The translations under genes were made by a program, and so were the position numbers. The notes under the pieces were generated by a model. It saw only the letters and a list, made by a program, of their open reading frames with translations. It had not been told where the DNA came from and did not search any database. Below, piece by piece: positions 51,464 to 61,779 of a stretch of 64,000 nt of DNA. Where the stretch lies: contig CAWHAE010000009.1 in assembly GCA_963827235.1 (NCBI GenBank), positions 256,001 through 320,000 of the forward strand, read 5' to 3'. Each line of letters starts with the position of its first letter. Position 1 is the stretch's first letter. This DNA comes from an uncultured bacterium (GTDB taxonomy: Bacteria; Chloroflexota; UBA5177; JANWHV01).

Positions 51464-52489
51464 ATGCGCATAGGCATATTAGGGCCGATCTCATGGCGCG
51501 TCCCACCGCGCCATTATGGTGGCTGGGAGTTAGTGACCCACCATTTGGCAGAGGGGCTGGTGCGCCGCGGCCACAAAGTGACGCTGTTCGCCAGTGGTGA
51601 TTCTCAGACTTCTGCAGAGTTGGCAAGCGTCGTGCCGCACCCGCTCTCCGAGGATGCCGGCCTGCAGCGTCTTGCTCGGACTTGGGAGACCCTGCACCTT
51701 GCGGCTGCGCTCGAGCGCGCCGGCGAATTCGATCTGTTGCACAATCACCTCGGCTCGTACCCGGTGGCTTTCTCCAGGCTGTGCCCGGTACCACTGCTGA
51801 CGACGCTGCACGGCTCAGGTGCCGAGGAAGCCAGCCGATTGATCTACGGGCGCTTCCGTGAGGGACCCTATGTCTCCAGCACGGACGCCGAGCGGCGGCT
51901 GGCCCCGGACCTCACATATGCGGCCACCGTCTACAGCGGCGTCGACCCGGCGCAGTTTCCGTTTGCTCCACAGGGCGGTGATTACTTGCTTGTCCTTGGG
52001 CGGATGTCGCCCGACAAGGGCATCCACACGGCGATCGACGTAGCGGAGCAGTGCAACCTGCCGCTGATCCTGGCAGGCATCGTGCCTTCCGAACACGAGC
52101 GCTACTTCAGCGAGCGGATCCAGCCGCGACTGAGCGATCATATTCGCTTCGTCGGCCCGGTAGATCTGGAGACCAAAGCACGACTCTACGGCGGGGCACG
52201 GGCCCTCCTCCACCTGATCGCGTGCGAAGAAGCGTTTGGCTTGACAATGGTCGAAGCCATGGCCTGTGGCTGCCCGGTCATCGGCGCGCGCCGGGGCTCG
52301 GTGCCGGAGCTGATCGCCGATGGCGTGACCGGGTTCATCGTCGAGGGGGTCGATCAGGCAGTGGCCGGCGTGCGGGGGCTGGGGCACATCGACCGCGCGA
52401 CCTGCCGAGCCCACGTGGAGGCGCACTTTACAGCAGATCGCATGGTCGACGGCTACGAGGCGGTGTACCGTCGCCTCATGCGCGGCTGA
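51464..52489 (+). CDS. Glycosyltransferase family 4
   Basis: VPPRHYGG.E, VTLFASGDS, GRMSPDKG, EAFGLTMVEAMACG.PVI. Confidence 0.93.
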   Translation: MRIGILGPISWRVPPRHYGGWELVTHHLAEGLVRRGHKVTLFASGDSQTSAELASVVPHPLSEDAGLQRLARTWETLHLAAALERAGEFDLLHNHLGSYPVAFSRLCPVPLLTTLHGSGAEEASRLIYGRFREGPYVSSTDAERRLAPDLTYAATVYSGVDPAQFPFAPQGGDYLLVLGRMSPDKGIHTAIDVAEQCNLPLILAGIVPSEHERYFSERIQPRLSDHIRFVGPVDLETKARLYGGARALLHLIACEEAFGLTMVEAMACGCPVIGARRGSVPELIADGVTGFIVEGVDQAVAGVRGLGHIDRATCRAHVEAHFTADRMVDGYEAVYRRLMRG

Positions 52490-53350
52490 TATGCATCCAC
52501 CCACACTCCGATCGAAAGTAGTCAGACTTCGATACGTAAGCACTGCTGGTGATGTGAGCATCCTTGACCACGCCTGCAGCGAACCTGCCGGCTCCGACGA
52601 GGAGCGCGGTGTGGCCTGGCATCCCGTGGCTCCTCCTCCGGATCTCGGACGAGCCTGATGGGATGCTCAACCTCGCCGCCGCAGACAGTAGGATAGCGAA
52701 GGCCCGGATTCCACGAGGCTATACGTGTCTACGCGTTGCGCCTAGTTTCTTCGCTTCGAGCGGGAGCCTAGCATGCTGGTGCCCATGCTTGCGGTTCGCG
52801 TAACGCGCAGGGACTTTGCCGACTCCACAGGATCCGGCTTGGCCGGTAGCATGACCCTGGCATCAACCGCGGTCTTGAGAAGGTCGATGAGGTCATCGTC
52901 GTGATTTAAAGACACAAAGTCGACGACGAACGTCCTGGTTTCGTCCATGGTTCAACCCTGGCCTTTCTCGCGCGCCGCGGATATTTGGTTCTACTATCGA
53001 CTATCCTACTACCTTGGCGGCTGAGCTGCATCTGGTTACCGACCTGAAACCACTGCTTGTCACTTCTTATCAGCCCGATAGTCTTCAAATCCTGCGAAAC
53101 GATGTGGAGGGCTTTTCGCACCGGGAAATGACCCGCGGACCATCTCCGAGATTGGCCGAATAGCGTGCGCTCATGGGTGGCAAGGGACTAGACTTGGGGT
53201 AAAGCGGTCTAGAGCGGCTTGCCCCGAAAACGCTCGGTTCTTACGATGCATAGTTCTCACTGATAGGTACCGCTGTTCAACCTACGCTACTATATTTGGC
53301 AAGACCTCCTCCCCGGCACATGCACGACCAGATACGGCCGGAGGACCGAG

Positions 53351-54517
53351 ATGCATACGTATTACAGCGGGAAGGCAGGGGCACTAGGGTCAATGCCAGA
53401 CCTCGACACAAACCTAACGAAGGCCGCGGTCCTGGACCAGCAGTTCATGCTCCGGCGACTCAGCATTGTGATGCGCCCACGAATAGACGACGCATACGAG
53501 GCATGTGGCGTGCTCAATCCTGGCGGCGTACGTGCCCCAAACGGCGATTACCTGCTCTTTCCCAGGTTGGTCGGTCAAGGCAACTTCTCGCGAATCGGCA
53601 TCGGGAAAGTCGTTTACGACTCGGTAGGGCGGCCCATAGACGTTGAGCGGCGAGGCATTGCGCTCGAGCCTAGCATGCCGTACGAGCTTAATCCGCTGTC
53701 GGGAGGTGGCTGCGAGGATGCCCGTGTTACATACGTGGCCGTTCTCGGGGCGTATGTGATGGCTTACGTGGCCTTCGGGCTTAATGGACCCCGCGCCGCG
53801 CTGGCGCTATCCAGTGATCTCTACGAGTGGCGGCGCGTCGGACCCATCAACCTCGCTCCTCATCGCGGCGCGGACATGAATGTGTACAGCAACAAAGATG
53901 CGATGCTCTTCCCAGAGCCCGTTGTCGGCCCAGACGGCCGCCCCTCGCTGCTGCTCATGCACCGGCCAATGTATGAGATCTTCGTGGAAGGGACGATGAG
54001 CGATCGCGAGCACACACCTTTGCCGCCAGGTGTGAAGAGCGACTTCTGGACCGTGTGGTTGTCGTATTGCGCGCTCGACGATGCCGATTGGGCTTCGCCA
54101 AGCGCGGGCTCAACCACGAAGCCTCCTACATTTGGCAATCACGTTGAGTTGCTGCCTCCAGCGCACGCATGGGATTCGATCCGGATTGGAGGCGGCACGC
54201 CGCCTGTTCGCCTGCCGCAGGGATGGTTCACACTCTACCACGGCATTGGAGAGGTGTCGCGCCCGGGGCCACGGCAGGTCCTGCGCTATGTCGCCGGCGC
54301 GTTGGTGCTTGACACCGCCGATCCGCGGCGGGTCATCTACAGGTCGACCAAGCCTGTGCTCGAGCCGCTCCTTCAGGAAGAGTGTTCCGGCGTCGTCTCG
54401 GACGTCGTCTTCCCGACGGCGATCGACGAGCACGATACGTATCTGGATGTGTACTATGGTATGGCTGATGCCTGTATCGGCGCCGCCCGCATGAATATGC
54501 CGCGGACCGGAGTCTAG
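53351..54517 (+). CDS. GH130-like glycosidase/mannoside phosphorylase
   Basis: GVLNPG, GGGCEDARVT, NKDAMLFPE, HRP, RIGGGTPP, YHG, VVFPT, YYGMAD. Confidence 0.9.
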   Translation: MHTYYSGKAGALGSMPDLDTNLTKAAVLDQQFMLRRLSIVMRPRIDDAYEACGVLNPGGVRAPNGDYLLFPRLVGQGNFSRIGIGKVVYDSVGRPIDVERRGIALEPSMPYELNPLSGGGCEDARVTYVAVLGAYVMAYVAFGLNGPRAALALSSDLYEWRRVGPINLAPHRGADMNVYSNKDAMLFPEPVVGPDGRPSLLLMHRPMYEIFVEGTMSDREHTPLPPGVKSDFWTVWLSYCALDDADWASPSAGSTTKPPTFGNHVELLPPAHAWDSIRIGGGTPPVRLPQGWFTLYHGIGEVSRPGPRQVLRYVAGALVLDTADPRRVIYRSTKPVLEPLLQEECSGVVSDVVFPTAIDEHDTYLDVYYGMADACIGAARMNMPRTGV

Positions 54518-54560
54518 AGCACGCTGCTCGCCAATTTCACGTATTGGTAGGGGGTAGTGC

Positions 54561-57500
54561 ATGCAGGTAGACACCTCATTGGATGCCGGTTTTGGCGCAC
54601 ATGTCGACTGGCCTGAGGCTTCCGGTCCGGTCGATCCTGCCAGACTTGCGGCTGCCCAGAATCAGTTCTCGCGGCTGCCGATAGATGCCATTCCCGGCCC
54701 GTCGCCGCTTCCGCCCGGATCGCGTGTGCCGATTATGCCGAATCCGTTGTTCACTGGGCGCACCGCGGACCTTCGCGTTATGGCCGCGCTGTGCAAGTCG
54801 GCTGCTCCGATCGTGGTAGCACTCGACGGTCCAAGCGGCATCGGCAAGACATGCCTTGCAATCGAGTTCGCGTATCGTTACGCTGGATATTTCGCGGGCG
54901 GCGTCTTCTGGCTGAGCTTCGCCGATCCCACAAACGTTGCGATTCAGGTAGGCGCTTGTGGCGGGCCCGACGCCCTCAACCTATGGACCCAAAGAGACGT
55001 TCCGCCACTGCACGAGCAGGTGCGCCGTGTTCGCGCCTATTGGCGTAGTCCGTTGCCGTGCTTGCTTATCTTCGACGGCTGCTCCGCTGAGACGTCGATA
55101 GAGGAGTGGCGGCCGCCGGACGGTGGTAGTAGGGTTCTTGTAACCGGACGCTTCGGACAAGGCCTTTCCAGATCGATTACCTCGCGACTGCAGCTTTCTG
55201 GTCTCTCGCCTGCCGAAGCATTGGAGCTGCTACACGCCTTTCGCCCCGGCCTTCCGACCGACGATGAGGAGCTCGGAGCCATCGCGAGAGAGCTTGGCGG
55301 CGTACCGCTGTCTCTCCATCTGGCAGGTGGCTCGATGAGCAGCTCACGTCGAGCGATTGCGCCCGCCGAGTACCTTGCCGAGCTACGCAGCATGCCGCCG
55401 GCCGCACCCGGCGAGCATAGAGCCGTGGGGTTTGACGAGCGCGACATGCCGCCGCATCTCGCGCGTGCCATTGAGCTCAGCTACGATCGCCTCGACCCAG
55501 ACGATGCTATCGATGCTCTTGCCATCAGACTCCTGGCACGCGCCACATATTGCGCCGCGGATGCGATCATCCCTTGCAGCTTGTTGTACTCGGCAGTCGA
55601 TAAGCCCGAGGCGAGACGCGATGAAGCGAAGCTCGCGCTGGAGAGGTTGATTCGCCTCGGCCTGTCGACGTCGATGGGGGAGGATTCAGTTCAGACATTT
55701 CCGCTCCTCGCGGAGTTCGGGCGCGCGGCCTTGCAAGATCCGTTGGCTCAGACCGATGTCGAAGTTGCCGTGCTGGAAGAGGCGAACCGGATCACTGGCC
55801 TCGCTCATGCCGAACAGGCCGTTCTCGTGGAGCCGCACCTGAGGGCACTGACGGATGCCGCGCTCCGGCGCGGTGACGCGCATGCCGCAGCTCTTTGCAC
55901 GGCCCTTGGCAACTATTTGATGCTCGTCGGCAGCTATGCAAAGGCACAGGACTACTTCTTGCGCGCGCTCTCGGTCGACGAGACCACCTACCGCGAGCAG
56001 CATCTAGATATTGCCGGCGGCCTGCGAACGCTCGGCGGGCTGCAAAGGGCACAAGGCCGTTTTTCGGAAGCCCGCACGCTCTACGAGCGTGCCCTGGATA
56101 TCCGCGAACGCCTGCTGGGACTCGATCATCCGGACACCGCCGAGAGCCTCAACGACCTTGGAGGCCTCCTTCGCGATCAGGGTGAGTACCCAACCGCCCG
56201 CCGGTACTACGAACGCGCCCTGGCTATCCGCGAGCGGGTGTTGGGGCCCGATCACCTGGATACCGCGGCAAGCCTGAACGACCTGGCAGGCGTATTTCGC
56301 GACCAGAACGAGTACCCAACCGCCCGCCGGTACTACGAACGCGCTTTGGCTATCCGCGAGCGGGTGTTGGGGCCCGATCACCTGGATACCGCGGCAAGCC
56401 TGAACGACCTGGCGGGTTTGCTGCGCGAGCAGAGTGAGTACTCAACTGCCCGCCGGTACTACGAACGCGCTTTGGCTATCCGCGAGCGGGTGTTGGGGCC
56501 CGATCACCTGGATACCGCGGCAAGCCTGAACGACCTGGCAGGTTTGCTGCGCGAGCAGAGTGAGTACTCAACTGCCCGCCGGTACTACGAACGCGCTTTG
56601 GCTATCCGCGAGCGGGTGTTGGGGCCCGATCACCTGGATACCGCGGCAAGCCTGAACGACCTGGCAGGTTTGCTGCACGTGCAGAGTGAGTACCCAACTG
56701 CCCGCCGGTACTACGAACGCGCCCTGGCTATCCGCGAGCGTGTGTTGGGGCCAGACCATCCAGACATCGCGGCCGCACTCAACGACCTGGCGGGATTGCT
56801 TCAGGATCAGGGCGACTATGAGGAGGCCCGCTCGCTCTACGAGCGTGCGCTGGCTATCGAAGAACGATCCCACGGCCCGCAGCACGTCAGGGTGGCTACA
56901 GCTCTTCATAGCCTTGCCAGTGTGCTGCGGGATCAGGCAGACTACGGGAAAGCTCGGCCGCTCTACGAGCGTGCCGTGGACATCCGTGAGCGCCTGCTGG
57001 GGCCCGATCATCCGGACACCGCCGAAAGCATCAACGATCTAGCCTGCCTCCTGCGGGCGCAGGCCGACTACCAAACAGCGCGGCCACTCTACGAGCGTGC
57101 CCTGGCAATTCGCGAGCGCGTACCGGGACCTGAGCATTCAGTTACGGCGGCGAGCCTGAACGATTTGGCTGTTCTGCTCCATGCACAGGCTGATTTCCCT
57201 GCCGCCCGCGTCAAGTACGAGCGCGCTCTTGCCATACGACTGAAACTGCTTGGCCCAAACCACCCAGATATCGCGGCCAGCCTGCACAATCTGGCCGGAT
57301 TGCACCAGGATTTGGGTGAGTATGCACAGGCCCGCGAATACTTCGAGCGGGCCTCGAAGATGTACGAATGTACGCTTGGGCCTGAACATCCGGACATCGC
57401 GACTACCTACAATAGCCTTGCCGCGCTGTTACGTGCCCAGGGTGATTTAGCCGCCGCCTCCCCTCTGTACAGGCACGCCTTGTCCATCCGCGAGCGCAGC

Positions 57501-59531
57501 CTGGGCCCGAATCACCCTACCACCGCAGCCAGTCTCAACGATCTGGCGGGCCTGCTGCAGGACCAGGGCGACTACGCGGCGGCCCACAGTCACTACGAGC
57601 GCGCCTTGTCCATCCGCGAGCGCGTGCTGGGTCCGAATCACCCTGCCACCGCAGACAGTCTCAACGATCTGGCGGGCCTGCTGCAGGACCAGGGCGACTA
57701 CGCGGCAGCCCGCGCGCACTATGAGCGCGCCTTGTCCATCCGCGAGCGTATGCTAGGTCCGAACCACCCTGCCACCGCAGCCAGTCTCAACGATCTGGCG
57801 GGTCTGCTGCAGGACCAGGGCGACTATGCGGCGGCCCGCGCGCACTATGAACGCGCGCTGTCTATTCGTGAGCGGGTTCTGGGTCCAGAGCACCCCGACA
57901 CCGGTCAAACGCTTGCCAACCTCGCCGTCCTGCTTCACAATCACGACGACGACCTACTGCGCGCGCGTGAATGCCTGGATCGCGCTCTGCGCATTGGCAC
58001 CAGGTATTTTGGCGTGAACTCCTCGGAGGTCATCGTCGAGCGCAACTACCTTGCGCTTCTGCTAGGCGCGATGGGCGAGCTGCCCGCGGCGCGGAAATCC
58101 TTCGAAGATCTCGCGATCGCGATTGAGCACTCGGAGGTCCTGGAGCCACCAAACAGACAGCAGTTCCAAGGATATACGCAGCAGTTTGCACGTGAGATGG
58201 AAGCGGCATGGACGAGCAATTCGGAACGGGGCCGAAGCTCGGCACTCGGACGTGCTGCCGGAGTGCTATCAGACGTCACCAGGTTGCTTGCCAGGGTCAC
58301 CCAGGCAGAGCGCGCGGTCCTGGAGCGAATCTCGAAACGTTGGCGGGAAGTCGTCACCCGTGAGTCTGCACGGGCAGGTAGGCTTGCCATTCTGAAACAG
58401 GTCGCCAGTCCCTACAACTTCACGATTCCGGTGGAGGGTCTGGCGCTCGTCGGACGAACAGATGTGTTTGAACGGATCGAATCCCATTGGAGCGGCCCAG
58501 GCGCACGAGACTCCTTGCTCATCCACGGTCATCGCAGAATGGGCAAGACCAGCGTGGCCCAGGCCATCGTGGAGCGGTGCCACCTTGGTGACGATACTCG
58601 CCGGATCTACCGCTCGATGGAGACGGTACAGCTGCGGCACGAGGGAGACCTGCTCTATGCGCTGGCATCGGCCCTTCAGCTCGAGTTTCCCGAGTCACTG
58701 CCGAAGCCTCGACGGCACGCCTATAGGTTCTCCGACGCGCGCACGGCCTTTGACCGTTTCCTTCGTCGCCTGGAGCAGGTGAGAGGGCAGGCCCGCATCG
58801 TCATGGTTCTGGACGAGTTCGAACTGCTTTTCGAACGTCTGGGAGCCGGGGAGGCGGAGGAGGCACTTCAGAATCTGCGCGGCCAGACTAACACCTATTC
58901 GTGGTTGGCTCTTGCCCTCGTCGGACTGAGCGACCTCCAGGATCTGCAGTACTCCTACAAGAGTGCCATTCTCGGTTGGGTTGGCATTCGCGTGGGTTTC
59001 CTCGACCACGGCCAAGTCGCCGATGTACTGGCAAACCCCGCGCGTGATCCCGACTTTCAGCTCGAGTACACGCAGGAGGCCCTGACTCACATCGCAGTGC
59101 TGACAAATGGCCAGCCATACCTTGTGCAGGTCATCGGCGACCTGCTGGTGCAGCGCTACAATCGCATCCGCTTCACGGAACGACGGGACCACAGCGGCAC
59201 GTTTTCGATTGAAGACGTCAAGGAGGTGGTCGATAATCCCGCCTTCTACGAGACTGCGAGCGCCTATTTCACAGGCGTATATGGTCAGGCAACGCGCGGC
59301 CAGCAAGGTCAGATAAGCGTCCTCACTGCGCTTGCCCCGTACGAGAACGGCTTGAGCGAAGACGCGCTGCGGAGTGCGGTCCAGCTCGACGACGATACGC
59401 TCAACGAAGCGCTCACGGCGCTGGAACGACACGCTGTGCTGTACAGGAGTGACTCCCAGCTCCTCTATAGCGTTCCTCTTATGCGGCGCTGGATGGAGAG
59501 GACTTACCTCGGCATGAACCCTCGGGCCTAG
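54561..59531 (+). CDS. NB-ARC/STAND NTPase + ~17 TPRs + second P-loop ATPase (1656 aa)
   Basis: NPLFTGR, GPSGIGKT, LLIFD, VLVTGR, LGGVPLSL; 42-aa TPRs (YERALAIRERVLGPDHLDTAASLNDLA); then SPY...LVGR, GHRRMGKT, VMVLDEFE, TNGQPYLVQ. Confidence 0.92.
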   Translation: MQVDTSLDAGFGAHVDWPEASGPVDPARLAAAQNQFSRLPIDAIPGPSPLPPGSRVPIMPNPLFTGRTADLRVMAALCKSAAPIVVALDGPSGIGKTCLAIEFAYRYAGYFAGGVFWLSFADPTNVAIQVGACGGPDALNLWTQRDVPPLHEQVRRVRAYWRSPLPCLLIFDGCSAETSIEEWRPPDGGSRVLVTGRFGQGLSRSITSRLQLSGLSPAEALELLHAFRPGLPTDDEELGAIARELGGVPLSLHLAGGSMSSSRRAIAPAEYLAELRSMPPAAPGEHRAVGFDERDMPPHLARAIELSYDRLDPDDAIDALAIRLLARATYCAADAIIPCSLLYSAVDKPEARRDEAKLALERLIRLGLSTSMGEDSVQTFPLLAEFGRAALQDPLAQTDVEVAVLEEANRITGLAHAEQAVLVEPHLRALTDAALRRGDAHAAALCTALGNYLMLVGSYAKAQDYFLRALSVDETTYREQHLDIAGGLRTLGGLQRAQGRFSEARTLYERALDIRERLLGLDHPDTAESLNDLGGLLRDQGEYPTARRYYERALAIRERVLGPDHLDTAASLNDLAGVFRDQNEYPTARRYYERALAIRERVLGPDHLDTAASLNDLAGLLREQSEYSTARRYYERALAIRERVLGPDHLDTAASLNDLAGLLREQSEYSTARRYYERALAIRERVLGPDHLDTAASLNDLAGLLHVQSEYPTARRYYERALAIRERVLGPDHPDIAAALNDLAGLLQDQGDYEEARSLYERALAIEERSHGPQHVRVATALHSLASVLRDQADYGKARPLYERAVDIRERLLGPDHPDTAESINDLACLLRAQADYQTARPLYERALAIRERVPGPEHSVTAASLNDLAVLLHAQADFPAARVKYERALAIRLKLLGPNHPDIAASLHNLAGLHQDLGEYAQAREYFERASKMYECTLGPEHPDIATTYNSLAALLRAQGDLAAASPLYRHALSIRERSLGPNHPTTAASLNDLAGLLQDQGDYAAAHSHYERALSIRERVLGPNHPATADSLNDLAGLLQDQGDYAAARAHYERALSIRERMLGPNHPATAASLNDLAGLLQDQGDYAAARAHYERALSIRERVLGPEHPDTGQTLANLAVLLHNHDDDLLRARECLDRALRIGTRYFGVNSSEVIVERNYLALLLGAMGELPAARKSFEDLAIAIEHSEVLEPPNRQQFQGYTQQFAREMEAAWTSNSERGRSSALGRAAGVLSDVTRLLARVTQAERAVLERISKRWREVVTRESARAGRLAILKQVASPYNFTIPVEGLALVGRTDVFERIESHWSGPGARDSLLIHGHRRMGKTSVAQAIVERCHLGDDTRRIYRSMETVQLRHEGDLLYALASALQLEFPESLPKPRRHAYRFSDARTAFDRFLRRLEQVRGQARIVMVLDEFELLFERLGAGEAEEALQNLRGQTNTYSWLALALVGLSDLQDLQYSYKSAILGWVGIRVGFLDHGQVADVLANPARDPDFQLEYTQEALTHIAVLTNGQPYLVQVIGDLLVQRYNRIRFTERRDHSGTFSIEDVKEVVDNPAFYETASAYFTGVYGQATRGQQGQISVLTALAPYENGLSEDALRSAVQLDDDTLNEALTALERHAVLYRSDSQLLYSVPLMRRWMERTYLGMNPRA
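56184..56751 (+). repeat. About 4.5 near-identical 126-bp tandem repeats (TPR units)
   Basis: GAGTAC..AAC.GCCCGCCGGTACTACGAACGCGC recurs at 56184, 56310, 56436, 56562, 56688. Confidence 0.95.
57478..57885 (+). repeat. About 3 similar 126-bp tandem repeats (second TPR block)
   Basis: TGTCCATCCGCGAGCG at 57481, 57607, 57733; CTCAACGATCTGGCGGG.CTGCTGCAGGACCAGGGCGACTA three times. Confidence 0.9.
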
Positions 59532-59549
59532 CGAATTAGGGGCACTACC

Positions 59550-61469
59550 GTGAGCAAGCTCGCGCCCGCTTTGACCATCTCTGTAGGGTCGCCCGATACG
59601 AACGAGCGTATCCCCTTGACGCTCAGCCTGTCTCCGGAAGGAGGAGAGGGCGAACAGTGCACACTGGAGCTGCCATTCCCATTGGCAAGGATTCCACTGC
59701 TGCTACGAGCCCTGAGCGCGCGTCAGAATCCGTACTACCCGACCAATGACAAAATGTTCAGATCGGCTGACGAGCGTGAACAGGCCGCCAACCATCTGCG
59801 GAATCTCCAGCTTTGGGACGACAATGCCGGGCCATCAGGCGCGGTGGTCAGTGACGTTCATATGCGCGTGGGACAGATTCTCGGTGCCGCCATACTGGCT
59901 GCCGGGACTATGAGATCAAGCCTATCGACACTCTATGACGCGGCCATTGCCGCCGGAGAAGGCGAGGTTGTCCTGCACTTTGAGCCGAACGCTACGTCGT
60001 TGGCAGCCTTACCATGGGAGCTGGCCTATGATGGGCCGCGACCTATCTTATTGGCGCGCGGCACACATCTTGCTTGTACCCGGATACTTGCCTTTGGTCA
60101 CGCGCTGGCGCAGCAACACAATGACGGCCAGGAACGGCACATTCTTACCGTCGCGCCACACGCGTACATGGACGACGCTGCACGCGCCTTCGAGCAAAAC
60201 GCTCGCATGCGATTGAGAGAGGCCGTGCGCGAACGCCCTGTGGTCGTCGAATCCCTCAATCCGGCTACCATGGAGGCGCTCAGCACGCGCTTGGAGAAGC
60301 AGCCTCGCATCGATGTACTGGACTACTTTGGCCATGGGCGACTCACGAATGCCGGAGGCGCCTTGCTGTTTGACAGTCCTCAGGGCGGGCCCCACCCTGC
60401 TCTGGCCAGCCAGTTGGCCGCTCTCCCAGCGCTGCCGCTGCTCGTCGTATTGCACGCCTGCCACTCCGCCCAGGTGGATATCGACGAGCCACTCGCTACC
60501 GTAGCGGTTGCTCTGAGTGAGGCTGGAGTGCGCGCCGTCATAGCTATGCAGGTGACCATCCAGATGAGTGCAGCAACGAACTACGTTGTGCCGACCCTCT
60601 ACCAAGCTCTAGCGGACGGACGAAGCGTCCAGCAGGCAGTCACCGACGTGCGACGTTCTCTCTTTACCGCCGAGCCAGGCGGCACGAGCTGGTATGTTCC
60701 CGCGCTATACCTGCGCCAACCCGATCGACAGCCGTGTGTGCCCCTACCGAAGCGCACCGCCGCAGCACCTAATCCGTTCGCGGGCCTCGGCGCGCTCGAG
60801 GATTCATCACAGTTGGTTGGACGCAAGCCGGAACAACTGCGGCTATGGGAGCGCTTGCAGGCCGGCGGTCATTTGTCGATCGTTGGACCGGCCGGCAGTG
60901 GTAAATCGGCCATGCTGGCGCTCATCGACGCGCGACGAGAGTCACTGCTTACGCGGAAAGGTGCAAAGCTCGTCTGGCTGAGATTCCATCCGCGGATGAA
61001 CCTGGTAGGAGCCCAATTCACTCTCGCCACGGCGCTCGGTGGTAAGAAGGTAACGGACTTGACGCGTTTCCTCTACGACAGACATCTCTTCCTGATCCTG
61101 CTGCTGGACGATCTGCACCTGCTCGATAAGGGCTCGATCGGACTCGATGTACGGATATGGCTACGGGGTATTGCTACGCCGAGTGCCGGCGCGAAGGTGC
61201 AGCTCGTGGCAACGAGCACGGAGCCGCTCTCCCGTGTCTTCGAGCAGGATGATCCAGTCATAGCGTCTCCGCTGGCCGGCACGCTGAGCGACGCGATTAC
61301 ATTGGGCCCGTTGGCGAAAGACGAGGCCCGAGAGTATATCCGCTCGCGGCTCGAGAATACTCCACTTCTGAGCAGCCAATTCGAAAGCCTGCTCACGCAG
61401 CCACTGTATCCGGGACCGTTGCAGACCGCGTGCCGAATCCACTATGACAGCCTCTGCGAGGCTCAGTGA
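59550..61469 (+). CDS. CHAT (caspase-like) protease domain + P-loop ATPase
   Basis: LAALPWEL, DVLDYFGHG, LVVLHACHSA, GVRAVIAMQ, WYVPALY; then PNPF, LVGR, GPAGSGKS, LLLDD, WLRG, SPLAG. Confidence 0.9.
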   Translation: MSKLAPALTISVGSPDTNERIPLTLSLSPEGGEGEQCTLELPFPLARIPLLLRALSARQNPYYPTNDKMFRSADEREQAANHLRNLQLWDDNAGPSGAVVSDVHMRVGQILGAAILAAGTMRSSLSTLYDAAIAAGEGEVVLHFEPNATSLAALPWELAYDGPRPILLARGTHLACTRILAFGHALAQQHNDGQERHILTVAPHAYMDDAARAFEQNARMRLREAVRERPVVVESLNPATMEALSTRLEKQPRIDVLDYFGHGRLTNAGGALLFDSPQGGPHPALASQLAALPALPLLVVLHACHSAQVDIDEPLATVAVALSEAGVRAVIAMQVTIQMSAATNYVVPTLYQALADGRSVQQAVTDVRRSLFTAEPGGTSWYVPALYLRQPDRQPCVPLPKRTAAAPNPFAGLGALEDSSQLVGRKPEQLRLWERLQAGGHLSIVGPAGSGKSAMLALIDARRESLLTRKGAKLVWLRFHPRMNLVGAQFTLATALGGKKVTDLTRFLYDRHLFLILLLDDLHLLDKGSIGLDVRIWLRGIATPSAGAKVQLVATSTEPLSRVFEQDDPVIASPLAGTLSDAITLGPLAKDEAREYIRSRLENTPLLSSQFESLLTQPLYPGPLQTACRIHYDSLCEAQ

Positions 61470-61779
61470 GCCACTCAGGGCGTCGGCGGCGTAGGCGAAA
61501 GAACGATCGCCCGACTCGGTACTTGACCATCGGTGCCAAGATGAAGGGCCGCCGTGAGCGGCAACCCGATGACGGCCACACGTCTCAGGATCAGGAGATC
61601 TGGCCGAGACTGCAGGGTACAGGCGCTGACATCACGCTCCGCACTACAGTTCCTCCCCGGTCGGCTCGTTTTCAATCCAGCTCGGCAAGAGTGCGTGCGC
61701 TCTTATGTACCGCGGTCCGAGATCGTGAGACGGCCCTGTACATACTTCATACCGATCGAAGCCCCATGCTGATCTCGAG

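Noticed and set aside
52742-53190. Lower-GC minus-strand fragment, possibly an ATPase C-terminus
   Set aside because: Broken by stops and frameshifts with no diagnostic motif; family not assignable.
56184-57885. Regular repeats as a CRISPR array or DGR template
   Set aside because: The units are in-frame 126-bp TPR codons without unique spacers; no cas or reverse transcriptase gene is present.
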